Positions 37,224 through 47,325 are shown, counted from the stretch's first letter. The stretch is DNA of 64,000 nt from Coriobacteriia bacterium (GCA_009783085.1 WRHU01000004.1:8164-72163); one strand, 5' to 3'. Made by a program: numbers and translations. The notes: generated from the sequence alone by a model not told the origin.

Positions 37224-38069
37224 CTATTTAACCCGCTGGCTGCGCGCAAAAGCGCGCAGCCAGCGGGTTCCCAAAGACAGAATAAAAACTGCTAGATTAA
37301 CAAGCACTATAGTAGCTCCCACAGGGGTAGCCAATACAAACGACAACGTAATGCCTATCAAATAGCACACAACAGAAACCCCTACCGCACAAATGCTCAC
37401 GCTCTTAAAACGCCTGTTTATGTTCATAGAACTCAAGGCAGGGAAAATAATGAGGCTTGATATGAGTAGGGCTCCCATCAAGCGCATGCCTACCACTATT
37501 GTCAAAGCAGTGAGCAGCGCTAAGACCGTGGTATAGACATTGACGGGCATGCCCGTAGCGCGGGCATAGGCTTCGTCAAATACCACGGCAAAAATGCGGT
37601 TGTAGAGCAGGATAAAGCAGGCAAGCACAATAAGGCAAAGTGCCACACTTAAAATAACATCACCGCTGCTGAGCGATAAAATCGAACCAAAAAGATAATT
37701 ATCAACATCGGTATTCATGCCTGAGGTCATCGAAATAACAAACACGCCAATGGCTACTGCGCTTGCCGACACTAACGCCAAAGCAGCATCGCCCTTAATG
37801 CGCCCGCGCTCGCTTAAACGCAGAAGCAGAAACGCCGCCAGCACGGTAACGGGCAAGGAAACAGCAAGGGGTGCTGCGTTAAAAGCGGTTGCCACTGCCA
37901 ACGAGCCAAATCCAACGTGTGCGAGACCATCGCCAATCATCGAAAAACGCTTGAGCACCAAACTCACTCCCAAAAGCGCAGCGCAGACAGAAACCAGCAA
38001 GCCCACAATAAGCGCACGCTGTATAAAGCCGTAGCTCAGCATATTGGTCAAAACATCAATCATGGTCAT
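37224..38069 (-). CDS. metal (Zn/Mn-type) ABC transporter permease (ABC-3 family)
   Basis: Polytopic membrane protein; FIQRALIVGLLVSVCAALLG start typical of ZnuB/MntB. Overlaps the ATPase gene's stop. Confidence 0.85.
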   Translation of the reverse strand: MTMIDVLTNMLSYGFIQRALIVGLLVSVCAALLGVSLVLKRFSMIGDGLAHVGFGSLAVATAFNAAPLAVSLPVTVLAAFLLLRLSERGRIKGDAALALVSASAVAIGVFVISMTSGMNTDVDNYLFGSILSLSSGDVILSVALCLIVLACFILLYNRIFAVVFDEAYARATGMPVNVYTTVLALLTALTIVVGMRLMGALLISSLIIFPALSSMNINRRFKSVSICAVGVSVVCYLIGITLSFVLATPVGATIVLVNLAVFILSLGTRWLRAFARSQRVK

Positions 38070-38820
38070 GCACCGCCAAACCACACACCGCACAGTGCCC
38101 ACCACAAGAGTCACGCATCAGATCTCGTCCGCGTGCCGTATGCTGAAAATCGTGAGTGCTGCCAAAGAACTCCTGCTTTGAATCCAACAAAAGTATCTTG
38201 TTTGCCGCAGACACCGCCGCATTGACGTCATGCGTAACCATAACGAGCGTCAAACCTTCTTTATTAAGTTTGGCTATCAGCTCATAGAGTTCTTGCTTGC
38301 TGTGAGGGTCAAGACCGTTCATGGGCTCATCTAAAATGAGCAGCTTGAGTCCATCAGAGGCGGCCACAAGAGCGCGCGCAAGCAAAACACGCTGCTGCTG
38401 ACCACCCGAAAGCTCACCAAACACGCACGATGCCAACGAACTTATCTCAAGTTTTTCTAATACCTCGCACGCAAGACTACGGTCGTGCTTGTTGTAAAAC
38501 GAAAAGAAACCTTTGCTGCTTAAGCGCCCGGATAACACCACTTCCATTACGCTTGTGGGAAAACTCCGTTGCAAGGCGCGCTGCTGAGGCAAATAGCCAA
38601 CAGCACCTTTGCACAGTTCTTCGGCGCGCTGTATCTCACCAGTACAAGGCTGCTTAAGCCCCAGCAGACCGTGTACGAGCGTGCTTTTGCCGCTGCCGTT
38701 TTCTCCCACCACACAGAGGTAGTCACCGCGTTCAAGTTCAAAATCTATGCCTGACACAACGGTTGTCCCCTCATAAGAAAAGGAAGCATCTTTGCACGCA
38801 ATATAGCTTGCTTTTTTCAT
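38056..38820 (-). CDS. metal ABC transporter ATP-binding protein with a Cys/His-rich C-terminal tail
   Basis: GENGSGKST, LSGGQQQRVLLARAL, LLILDEP. Tail: HDFQHTARGRDLMRDSCGGHCAVCGLAVHDHD. Confidence 0.88.
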   Translation of the reverse strand: MKKASYIACKDASFSYEGTTVVSGIDFELERGDYLCVVGENGSGKSTLVHGLLGLKQPCTGEIQRAEELCKGAVGYLPQQRALQRSFPTSVMEVVLSGRLSSKGFFSFYNKHDRSLACEVLEKLEISSLASCVFGELSGGQQQRVLLARALVAASDGLKLLILDEPMNGLDPHSKQELYELIAKLNKEGLTLVMVTHDVNAAVSAANKILLLDSKQEFFGSTHDFQHTARGRDLMRDSCGGHCAVCGLAVHDHD

Positions 38821-39953
38821 GCTAACGCTCGCTTAAGGTTGTCTGCATTTTGCATCATAAGCTCAAGGTAGCTGGTACCTGCCTCAAAGTCATCAAGCGA
38901 AATGTTGTGGCACGCGTGGAGCAACAAGGGCTGAGCACCCGTTTCCTCAGCAATAATATCGGCTATTTTGTGCGAGGAAAGCTCGACATAAAACACGACA
39001 GGGATTTTCTCGCTTCGCACCGTATCTATAAGAAACGAAAGGGTTTTTGCATTGGTTTCAGTCGCCGTCGAGCAGCCAGGGAAAGCTGCATAACACGCTA
39101 GGCCATATTCCTCGGCAAGATAACGAAACGGAAAGCGGTCACCAAAAAGCAGGGTCTTACGTTTGCCGTTTTGCACTATTGTGCGAAAGCGTTCATCAAG
39201 AGCATCAAGTTTGCCGAGATAGTCCTTTTTGTTTTCCTGAATAAGCGCTGAGCGCTCCGGAGTGCGTTTTTCAAAAATGCCGGCGAGGTTTTGTACAATG
39301 CGCTTGGCGTTTTTAGGACTCGTCCACACGTGCTCATCAAGGTCTTGCTCTGCCTCGGCGGCCTTTGCTGCTTCGGCGGCTGCCTCAGCCACGCCTGCTG
39401 CTCCAAGCCCACCTGTTGACTCCTGTTGCCCCTCTCCTGCATCATCAACTGTATCATCGCCTCTTGCAGCAAGTAAATCCTCCAACTCTAGCTCCTCAAG
39501 GGGCTCAACCATATCGATAAGGGGTATAAGCTGGAGGTTTGCCGTATCGAGTGAGGACAAAAGCTCATCTATCCACACATCAGACTCTCCGCCCGCATAG
39601 ATGAACACGTCGGCGTCCTGCAGCAAAAGAATGTCGCGCACCGTAGGTTCAAAGGAGTGGGGCTCAAGACCTGGTTTCAAAAGGAGGGATACCTCCCCTG
39701 CCTCCCCTAAAAGCTCACGAGAAAAGTCGTAGGCAGCAAACACTGAGGAAACCACCTTGAGCTTTTCGCCCTTGATGGGCGAGGCAGTCAAAAGCTCTAT
39801 AGTGCTATTTAAAAAAGCAGTTTTTGCCCTGCTGTTCTCTCCCTGTTTGTCGCTTCCCAACAGCCCCGTTTCAAAATCACAAGCGGTCAAAAAGCCCACC
39901 GGAGCAAAAACCAGCAGACATGCCAACAAAAAATACACCACCGTAAGCGGCAT
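38817..39953 (-). CDS. metal ABC transporter substrate-binding lipoprotein (ZnuA/TroA family) with an acidic/Ala-rich loop
   Basis: Lipobox LTAC. ADVFIYAGGESDVW and DEHVWTSPKNA motifs. The loop DDTVDDAGEGQQES...AEAEQDLDEH replaces the usual His-rich loop. Confidence 0.85.
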   Translation of the reverse strand: MPLTVVYFLLACLLVFAPVGFLTACDFETGLLGSDKQGENSRAKTAFLNSTIELLTASPIKGEKLKVVSSVFAAYDFSRELLGEAGEVSLLLKPGLEPHSFEPTVRDILLLQDADVFIYAGGESDVWIDELLSSLDTANLQLIPLIDMVEPLEELELEDLLAARGDDTVDDAGEGQQESTGGLGAAGVAEAAAEAAKAAEAEQDLDEHVWTSPKNAKRIVQNLAGIFEKRTPERSALIQENKKDYLGKLDALDERFRTIVQNGKRKTLLFGDRFPFRYLAEEYGLACYAAFPGCSTATETNAKTLSFLIDTVRSEKIPVVFYVELSSHKIADIIAEETGAQPLLLHACHNISLDDFEAGTSYLELMMQNADNLKRALA

Positions 39954-40018
39954 TTTTAATGCAGTCTTACCATGGTGTGTTAGCGTTTTTTGCACAAGGC
40001 CACTCAGTATAAGGTTTC

Positions 40019-41329
40019 TCAGCACAAAGCTTTGAGGGCATCGACTTTATCAGTGCGCTCCCAACTAAACTCCTCAAGCTCACGTCCAAAATGTCCGTAG
40101 TTAGAAGTTTTGCGGAACAGCGGGCGACGCAACGCAAGTGCATCAATAATGGCTGCTGGGCGCAAGTCAAACACCGAACCCACCGCAGATACAATAGTCT
40201 CTACGGGCACAGTATTGGTGCCAAAGGTTTCAATCATAAGAGAAAGCGGTTTTGCGATACCAATGCCATAGGCAATTTGCACCTCGCAGCGGCTTGCCAG
40301 CCCTGCTGCAACGATATTTTTTGCAACCCAGCGTGCCGCATACGTGGCAGAACGGTCAACCTTGGTAGCGTCTTTGCCAGAAAGCGCACCGCCACCATGG
40401 CGAGCCATACCACCGTACGTATCGACGATGATTTTACGACCAGTAAGACCCGTGTCGCCAGCAGGACCGCCAATAACAAAACGTCCCGTGGGATTCACGT
40501 ACACGTCTGCACCTTCCCAGCTTATATTCCATTCATCAAAAACGGGGGTGATAACCTTTGCGATAAGATCGTTGCGCAGCGTGGTTTCAACGTCAACACT
40601 CTCCTCGTGCTGAGTAGAGATAAGCACCGTGGTAACCTTTTTTGGCACGCCGTTTTCGTACTGAACACTTACCTGCGTTTTACCGTCAGGGCGCAAGTAC
40701 GGCAACGTTCCCTCTTTGCGCACGGCGGTAAGACGCTCAGCAAGACGATGTGACAAAAAGATGGGCAAGGGCATTAGGGTAGGTGTTTCTGTGCAGGCGT
40801 AACCAAAAACCATGCCTTGGTCGCCAGCGCCAGTACGCTCATAGGGGTCGTCGCCCTCTGCCGCCGAGCCGCTTTCAATCCCATCAGCATTATCTCCGCC
40901 CGCATGTTGCGCTTCAAAACTCTCATCAACGCCTCGGGCGATGTCAGCGCTCTGCTCAGAAATAGCATTTGAAACGCCTAGAGAGCGATAATCAAATCCC
41001 AAATTAGGGTCATTGTAGCCAATGCTCTCAACAACCTCACGAACGGTTTTTTCAATGTCAATATAGGCTTGCGTGCGAATCTCGCCTGCCAAAATAACCT
41101 GTCCCTCAGCCGCCATAACCTCAATGGCTGAGCGCACAGCAACAACCGAGGCCTTCTCGCCATCTTGAGATACATACCCATCGGCCTCTAGAGCCGCTTC
41201 CTTAACAAGAATGGCATCTAAAATAGCGTCGGCTATTTGGTCGCACACCTTATCAGGGTGTCCTTCTGTTACGCTCTCTGAAGTGAATACATAGTTTGCG
41301 TCTTTCACGGTTATCGCTCCTTTGCGCAA
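40019..41329 (-). CDS. metK: S-adenosylmethionine synthase
   Basis: [52 protein letters not shown]. Confidence 0.95.
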   Translation of the reverse strand: MRKGAITVKDANYVFTSESVTEGHPDKVCDQIADAILDAILVKEAALEADGYVSQDGEKASVVAVRSAIEVMAAEGQVILAGEIRTQAYIDIEKTVREVVESIGYNDPNLGFDYRSLGVSNAISEQSADIARGVDESFEAQHAGGDNADGIESGSAAEGDDPYERTGAGDQGMVFGYACTETPTLMPLPIFLSHRLAERLTAVRKEGTLPYLRPDGKTQVSVQYENGVPKKVTTVLISTQHEESVDVETTLRNDLIAKVITPVFDEWNISWEGADVYVNPTGRFVIGGPAGDTGLTGRKIIVDTYGGMARHGGGALSGKDATKVDRSATYAARWVAKNIVAAGLASRCEVQIAYGIGIAKPLSLMIETFGTNTVPVETIVSAVGSVFDLRPAAIIDALALRRPLFRKTSNYGHFGRELEEFSWERTDKVDALKALC

Positions 41330-41488
41330 CTGCGCACTCGTGGTTTACTTAGTAAATGTACTCTTACGATTGTAGCAGTTTTTTCGCCTCGCTTCTGAGG
41401 ACTTACCCTTGGGATTTTCCCTTAATCTTTCACGCCTTTGTTGGCAATCCGTTGCCGCACCACGTCTGACTTCGGCTACAATAATTTT

Positions 41489-42949
41489 ATGAATACCAAC
41501 TGTTATAGCGAACATGCCTTTGCGATTGCCAGCCACCTTGCCCAAGGAGCGGTTGGGCACGAGGGGCACAGCATTGGCTTTGAGCTTGAGCATTTTATTG
41601 TAGATGCCAAGACGGGTGCGCTCGTGCCCTATTACACCGACCCCAAAACGGGAAAGCCAGGGGTTGATGAGGTGCTTGAACGTCTTGCCGAGTTTTTTGA
41701 CGAGCGCATTTACGAGAAGCGCTCTGAGCCCGCCCCCAAGACGAAGCTGCAAAAAGCGAACACCGAACCGGCGGACAAGGAAAGCCTTATTGCGCTGAAC
41801 CGACACAAAACAAACATTACGCTTGAACCAGGTGCGCAACTTGAAATTAGCATTGGGCCAGCAGCCGGTCTTGCCGAAATAGAAACTGAGTACCTGCTCT
41901 TTCGCTCACAGCTCGACCCCCTGCTTGCTGAGATGGGTTATGAGGCACGCGAATACGGCTACCACCCTACGGCGTGTGCTCACGAAATACCGCTTATCCC
42001 CAAAGACCGCTACTACTATATGGCGGAGCATTTTACGCAAACGGGCAAGCATGGCATTTGCATGATGCGCGCAACAGCGGCCACGCAAACAAGCATCGAC
42101 TATGTTGATGAGTTTGATGCCGTCAACAAGCTACGTATCGCTCATGCGCTCGGACCGTTTTTTGCCTTTCTTACTGACAATTCACCAGTGTTTGAGGGTT
42201 CAAGCGTGGGGGCTCTGAGTCAAAATATGCAGGCGCGTCAGGCCAGCCATGTGCATCTAGACGCCCCCGTGCATCAAGACCCGCAGGGCGCTCAAAGCCC
42301 TCAAAACTCGCAGAGCAGCCTGCCTATCCCCAATCGTATGGCTCGAACTGCCTGTTGGGACGATTGCGACCCTGAGCGTTGTCTTACGCCCGCAAACCTT
42401 TTTAGCGATGATTTTGGTTTCAAAAGCTATGCAGAAACCCTGCTTGATGCTCCAGCGATTTTTACTGTTGATACGCTCGAAAACGGAGGGGTGGTGGCGG
42501 TTGCGCAGGGCTTTACGCCATTTAGCGAAGCCCTCACCTCTGCTCAGCTCGACCAAAAAACCATTGAGCACGTTTTATCGCTCTTTTTCTACGACGCACG
42601 CTTTAAGCAGTATGTCGAAGTGCGGCAGGCAGATTCCATGCCCTTTGCCTACAGTCTGGCTTTTACTGCTCTCATCAAAGGTCTTTTTTACAACGAGGAG
42701 GCCCTTGAGTATTATGAGGAGTGCTTTGCCTACCTTGATGTTGTATCTATTGCGCGCGCTAAAACGGCCTTGCGAACCTTGGGTTATGAGGCCACTGTTT
42801 ATCAGCGCTCCGCAACCCTGTGGCTTGACGAGATAATTGCCTTTGCCCAACAAGGTCTTCCAAAAGACGAGCAACATTACCTTATGCCCTTGGCAGAGCT
42901 TGTTGCCCAGCGCAAAACTATGCTCGATGCCCAAGGTGCTGGTGCCTAG
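41489..42949 (+). CDS. gshA: glutamate--cysteine ligase (GshA-like)
   Basis: IGFELEHFIV and ITLEPGAQLEISIGP motifs recall gamma-glutamylcysteine synthetases. About 487 aa from the ATG at 41489. Family assignment is from memory, not a search. Confidence 0.75.
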   Translation: MNTNCYSEHAFAIASHLAQGAVGHEGHSIGFELEHFIVDAKTGALVPYYTDPKTGKPGVDEVLERLAEFFDERIYEKRSEPAPKTKLQKANTEPADKESLIALNRHKTNITLEPGAQLEISIGPAAGLAEIETEYLLFRSQLDPLLAEMGYEAREYGYHPTACAHEIPLIPKDRYYYMAEHFTQTGKHGICMMRATAATQTSIDYVDEFDAVNKLRIAHALGPFFAFLTDNSPVFEGSSVGALSQNMQARQASHVHLDAPVHQDPQGAQSPQNSQSSLPIPNRMARTACWDDCDPERCLTPANLFSDDFGFKSYAETLLDAPAIFTVDTLENGGVVAVAQGFTPFSEALTSAQLDQKTIEHVLSLFFYDARFKQYVEVRQADSMPFAYSLAFTALIKGLFYNEEALEYYEECFAYLDVVSIARAKTALRTLGYEATVYQRSATLWLDEIIAFAQQGLPKDEQHYLMPLAELVAQRKTMLDAQGAGA

Positions 42950-42950
42950 C

Positions 42951-44660
42951 ATGGCTGCAGATTTGGACGCGGAGCTGAGCGCAAACACGGCTGCTGTAGC
43001 CTCAAAGGTCACCGCAGCGGGACAAAACTACCGCAACGCCTACCTGAAGGCTTTTACCGAGCTTGACGGCGACATTGCGGGCAGACTTGCCGCGCAACAC
43101 TACCTCAACAATTCAACGGCGCTCTATCACGATTCTGTCATTACCATGGGCTTTATTCCACAAATATATAGTGCCGATGAGTTGGATTTTTTTGCAGAGT
43201 GCGCTCACACCACCTACGAGATTCTTGAAGCGATGACAGAGCGCTATTGCAGCGATGCGTCATATCGCAAGCTCTTTGGCTTTTCTCCCGTGCTGGAATA
43301 TCTTATTAGCCTGCCCACGGAGTATGACGTTGCTATTCCTATCACGCGTATCGACATTTTTTGCGACCTAGAAACGCATGACTTTATGTTTTGTGAGTTT
43401 AATACCGACGGCTCAAGTGCCATGAACGAGGACAGAGAGATATGCAATGCGCTTTCTTTGAGCGAAACCTTTAAGCAGGCTTCGCACTCTATGGAGCTTT
43501 GCTCTCAGGAGCTTTTTGATCCGTGGGTTGAAGCCTTTGGTGAGATATATGCGCACAGCAGCTATGAAAAAAAACAAGCTGGCAAGGGCAAGCCTACGGT
43601 TGCCCTTGTTGATTATCAGGAAAAAACCACCATTAAAGAACTTGAGGAGTTTCAGGTTCGCTTTGAGCGAGCAGGCTATCGGTGCCTCATCTGCGATGTT
43701 GCTGGTCTTTCCTATCAAGACGGCGTACTGTACGGCATTGACGTAGGCTCTGCACAGGCAGCACCGCAAACAACACAGCGCACCGCACCAGCAGCTCAAC
43801 AAACAACACAGCGCACCGCACCAGCAGCTCAACAAACTCCCACCCGCATAGACGCCGTTTATCGGCGTGCGGTAACCTCCGATATTATGATTGACCTTGC
43901 CGAGCAAGAACCAGATGAAAAACAAACACTCGCCAAGCTTGCTCAAGACGGCGACGCAGCGGGTGTCTATGCGCTTATCGCTGCTGCTCGCGACGAGGCA
44001 ATTTGTCTTATCGGTGGTTTCAAAACGCAAGTTGCCCACAGCAAAACGGCTTTTCGCATGCTTCATCACCCAGAAACCCTTGCTTTTTTGAATGAGGAGC
44101 AGTGTTGCTTTGTCCAAGAGCACGTGCCGTTTACCACCGAGCTTAGCGCTGAAACCATAGCTGCCCACCAGGTTCTTGAAAATAAGCAGCGTTTTATTAT
44201 TAAGCCGATAGACGGCTATGGAACGCAGGGGGTTTATGCGGGGCAAAGTTACGGAGCAGATGAGTGGGATCAGCTGCTCAATGATTGTTCGCACGAGGGT
44301 TATGTGCTACAGGAGTATTGCCCTCAGTATGCCGCCCCTAACACCGTTCCTATTCCCTTGGATAAGGACGGCAATCCGCTTTTTGCCACCCCTGAGCAAG
44401 CAGCTCAGGCAACGGCCGATGAACAGTTTGACCCGCAGAAACTCACACCCTTTAATCTCTTAACGGGGCTTTTTGTCTACGGAGGAAAGTTTGCTGGCGT
44501 GTATATGCGTGCCGGTGCCGATGCGTTGATAGTCGGTTTTAGAGGTGGTGTTACTCTGGGCACTTTTATTGCTGATGAGCGTGGCATACCTGAGAAAAAT
44601 GCAGCAGGTGACTCGGAGAAAACAAACGAGCTAAGCGACGCAAACAAAACTCAAATATAA
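42951..44660 (+). CDS. ATP-grasp ligase resembling eukaryotic-type glutathione synthetase (putative GshB)
   Basis: ATG 1 nt after the gshA stop. RIDIFCDL...FCEFNTDGSSAMNE, IDAVYRRAV, AICLIGGFKTQVAHSKTAF and FIIKPIDGYGTQGVY are collinear with eukaryotic-GS / GSP-synthase-type motifs. Contains a 2 x 33-bp in-frame repeat at 43767-43832. Confidence 0.55.
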   Translation: MAADLDAELSANTAAVASKVTAAGQNYRNAYLKAFTELDGDIAGRLAAQHYLNNSTALYHDSVITMGFIPQIYSADELDFFAECAHTTYEILEAMTERYCSDASYRKLFGFSPVLEYLISLPTEYDVAIPITRIDIFCDLETHDFMFCEFNTDGSSAMNEDREICNALSLSETFKQASHSMELCSQELFDPWVEAFGEIYAHSSYEKKQAGKGKPTVALVDYQEKTTIKELEEFQVRFERAGYRCLICDVAGLSYQDGVLYGIDVGSAQAAPQTTQRTAPAAQQTTQRTAPAAQQTPTRIDAVYRRAVTSDIMIDLAEQEPDEKQTLAKLAQDGDAAGVYALIAAARDEAICLIGGFKTQVAHSKTAFRMLHHPETLAFLNEEQCCFVQEHVPFTTELSAETIAAHQVLENKQRFIIKPIDGYGTQGVYAGQSYGADEWDQLLNDCSHEGYVLQEYCPQYAAPNTVPIPLDKDGNPLFATPEQAAQATADEQFDPQKLTPFNLLTGLFVYGGKFAGVYMRAGADALIVGFRGGVTLGTFIADERGIPEKNAAGDSEKTNELSDANKTQI

Positions 44661-44710
44661 TGAGTTCCATCAACCAAAAACGCAAAAGTTAGCCTGAAAG
44701 GAAACCTTAC

Positions 44711-46186
44711 ATGAGCAATCAAACTCCCATTCGCGTGCGTTTTGCGCCTTCGCCTACGGGCAACCTTCACATCGGCGGAGCACGCACCGCCATTTACAAC
44801 TGGGCGTTTGCTCACGCAAATGAGGGAACGTTTGTGTTGCGTATTGAGGACACCGACCCGCTGCGTTCGAGCGCAGAAAACACCGCACAGATTATCCGCA
44901 GCCTGCGCTGGCTTGGACTCAACTGGGACGAAGGACCAGAAACGGGCGGAGAGCTTGGCCCCTACCTGCAAACAGAACGCTTTGACACCTATGACAAGGC
45001 TTTGGCTCGCCTGCAGGAGCGTGGCAACGCCTACCCCTGTTTTTGCGCACCCGAGGAGCTGCATAACAAGCGCGAAGCTGCTCTCGCCGCCAAACAAAAC
45101 CCCGTCTACGACCGTTGCTGCCGTGATATAGACCCCGATGAAGCACAGCAGCGCATTGTTGCGGGTGAGCCCCACACATGGCGGCTTAAAATTCCTCTTG
45201 ATCGTGGTGCGATAAGCTTTGATGACACCGTCTATGGCACGGTTACCGTTCCGCTTGAGCAGCTTGATGACTTCATTTTGGTGCGCTCGGACGGTAAGCC
45301 AACCTACAACTTTGTGGTATGCGTCGACGATGCGCTCATGCAAATAAGTCATGTTATCCGCGGAGATGATCACCTCTCTAACACGCCGAAGCAAATCCTT
45401 GTTTACGAGGCTCTTGGTTATCCCACCCCACAGTTCGCCCACCTCTCTATGATTTTGGGCTCGGACGGAAAGCGTCTTTCAAAACGCCACGGAGCAACCA
45501 GCGTGGAGGCGTATCAGGAGGCTGGCTATCTGCCCGAGGCTTTAGTAAATTATCTTGCGCTTTTAGGCTGGTCGCTCGACGGAGAAACTACCATCATAGA
45601 TGCTGACACGCTTAAAACGCAGTTCTCGCTTGACCGCATTTCAAAAAGCCCCGCAGTCTTTGACGAAAAAAAGCTCGACTGGGTCAACCAGAGTTACCTT
45701 AAAGAGTTGGGTTCAGCAGGTTTTGTTGATGCTTGGCTCCCCTATCTTGAAGCTGATGGCTTAGCAACTGCTGCAAAGGTCGCCGAGAAGCGCAGCTGGT
45801 TTGAGGACATCTACCCCCTGGTAGTCGAGCGTGTTCATACGCTTTCTGAGATAAATCCTTTGGTGAACTATCTTTTTGGAGAAACAGTATCGCTTGACGA
45901 GAAATCTGTTGAAAAATGCCTTGCTGGTGAGGGGACGGGTGAGTTGCTTGAAAGCATAACGGCACTCCTGCAAGACGAGAACCTCAAGTGGGAGCATGAG
46001 GCACTTGATACTGCCCTGCGCGGACTTGCCGAGCAACGCGATATCAAACCAAAAATAGTTTTCCAAGCCTTACGGGTAGCCACGAGTGGAAACATGGTGT
46101 CGCCGCCACTGTTGGAATCTCTTGAGCTTTTAGGACGTGAGGTTACCCTAGCGCGCCTTGAGGCTGCCAAGCCATTTGCAGGCTAA
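44711..46186 (+). CDS. gltX: glutamate--tRNA ligase
   Basis: RVRFAPSPTGNLHIGGARTA (HIGH) and RLSKRHG (KMSKS). Confidence 0.95.
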   Translation: MSNQTPIRVRFAPSPTGNLHIGGARTAIYNWAFAHANEGTFVLRIEDTDPLRSSAENTAQIIRSLRWLGLNWDEGPETGGELGPYLQTERFDTYDKALARLQERGNAYPCFCAPEELHNKREAALAAKQNPVYDRCCRDIDPDEAQQRIVAGEPHTWRLKIPLDRGAISFDDTVYGTVTVPLEQLDDFILVRSDGKPTYNFVVCVDDALMQISHVIRGDDHLSNTPKQILVYEALGYPTPQFAHLSMILGSDGKRLSKRHGATSVEAYQEAGYLPEALVNYLALLGWSLDGETTIIDADTLKTQFSLDRISKSPAVFDEKKLDWVNQSYLKELGSAGFVDAWLPYLEADGLATAAKVAEKRSWFEDIYPLVVERVHTLSEINPLVNYLFGETVSLDEKSVEKCLAGEGTGELLESITALLQDENLKWEHEALDTALRGLAEQRDIKPKIVFQALRVATSGNMVSPPLLESLELLGREVTLARLEAAKPFAG

Positions 46187-46287
46187 AACCGGGTTGTTTG
46201 CGTGCTGCGAGCGTTTGCGCGCACGTAAGTTGCGTATTGGCTTTTGTATGGGCTCATAAATGGGCCATAAGTGGGCTCACAAGCGAA

Positions 46288-46857
46288 TTATTCGTTTGGC
46301 ATAAGGTTTTTGAGTGCAGCAAAGGGGTGGTTTTCGTCAACGGCTCCAGCACACGCACAAGCCTCTTTATTAAGCTGCGCGCCACACGTAGGACAAATGC
46401 CTGCGCAGTCCTCCTTGCATAAGGCCAAAGGCGGCAGAGCAAGAATAAGTGCAGAAAAAACAAGAGGTGCTATATCTATGCAACCTTCCGGACCTTCTGC
46501 TAAAAGATAGTCGTCCAGTGCGTCTTTTTCTTCAAAACTGTCTTCTTCGAGCAGAATAAAAGCCTCGAGCTCACCTGCTATATCGAGCGAAGCAGGGTCA
46601 AGGCAACGGTCGCACTCAGTTTTGGCTATCGCCTCAAAAGAGCCCGTGGCAAGCACCGCATCTCCCGTATTGGTAAAGACTAATCGAAAAGAAATCCCGT
46701 TTTCAAGCACAAAACAACGAGCACCTTTTTCAAAGCTCTCAAGTTTCAGACAATCTTCAAGTTCAACAAACGAACCCGTGTCTGCCAGCGCGGGCAAGAG
46801 TTTATAAAAATACGGTTCTAATTCCATGATTGTGTTTTGCTCATCGCCAAGCAACAA
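46288..46857 (-). CDS. yceD: YceD/DUF177 family protein (23S rRNA accumulation protein)
   Basis: CDRCLDP...CKEDCAGICPTCGAQLN cysteine pattern typical of DUF177. Confidence 0.85.
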   Translation of the reverse strand: MLLGDEQNTIMELEPYFYKLLPALADTGSFVELEDCLKLESFEKGARCFVLENGISFRLVFTNTGDAVLATGSFEAIAKTECDRCLDPASLDIAGELEAFILLEEDSFEEKDALDDYLLAEGPEGCIDIAPLVFSALILALPPLALCKEDCAGICPTCGAQLNKEACACAGAVDENHPFAALKNLMPNE

Positions 46858-46860
46858 CGC

Positions 46861-47325
46861 TTAGCGAATGCCCTTGTTGTTAAGGCGGTCGCGGCAGCGA
46901 GTTACGTTCTCGCTTGCCTGCCCAAGCATACTCTCAACCTGCGAGAATACCCAGTCGGCATAGTCATCAGCACCGGCGCGCGTTTCGCGCTCCATATCGC
47001 GGGCATCAGCAAGAACATTTTCTGCCTGTTGCTGAGCAATACGCACTATCTCTTGTTCGCTTGCAACAATGAGAGCCTGGCTGCGCGCGTCCTCGAGAAT
47101 GCGATTTGCCTCAATCTCAGCGTCCTCAAGCAGGCTTTGGCGCTCACGAACAACCTGACGAGCTTGTGCAAACTCCTCAGGGAAGGCATGACGAATATCG
47201 TCAAGAATATCAAGAACAGGACCAATTTCAACCGTGCGTTTATCCTTGCTGCCAAACGCAGGTTTGCTATCTTCAAGAATATCGGAGAGCTCATCGAGGA
47301 GCGCTAATACTCCTGTTTCGTCCAT
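46861..47325 (-). CDS. coiled-coil protein, hypothetical (ATPase subunit H/b-like heptads)
   Basis: 154 aa from the ATG at 47325. Charged helical sequence (ERQSLLEDAEIEANRILEDARSQ...). Immediately upstream of yceD. Confidence 0.5.
   Translation of the reverse strand: MDETGVLALLDELSDILEDSKPAFGSKDKRTVEIGPVLDILDDIRHAFPEEFAQARQVVRERQSLLEDAEIEANRILEDARSQALIVASEQEIVRIAQQQAENVLADARDMERETRAGADDYADWVFSQVESMLGQASENVTRCRDRLNNKGIR

Noticed and set aside
41330-41488. Possible SAM riboswitch upstream of metK
   Set aside because: I read the reverse complement of the leader. It has no SAM-I/II/IV-like conserved core, only a plausible TACAAT -10 box.
43413-45442. Minus-strand ORFs 43413-44294 and 44651-45442
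   Set aside because: They are antisense to the GS-like gene and to gltX, which have strong family motifs. They show no motifs of their own.
46187-46287. rpmF (L32), expected downstream of yceD
   Set aside because: Only 100 bp separate yceD from the convergent gltX, and no L32-like ORF is present. rpmF must be elsewhere.
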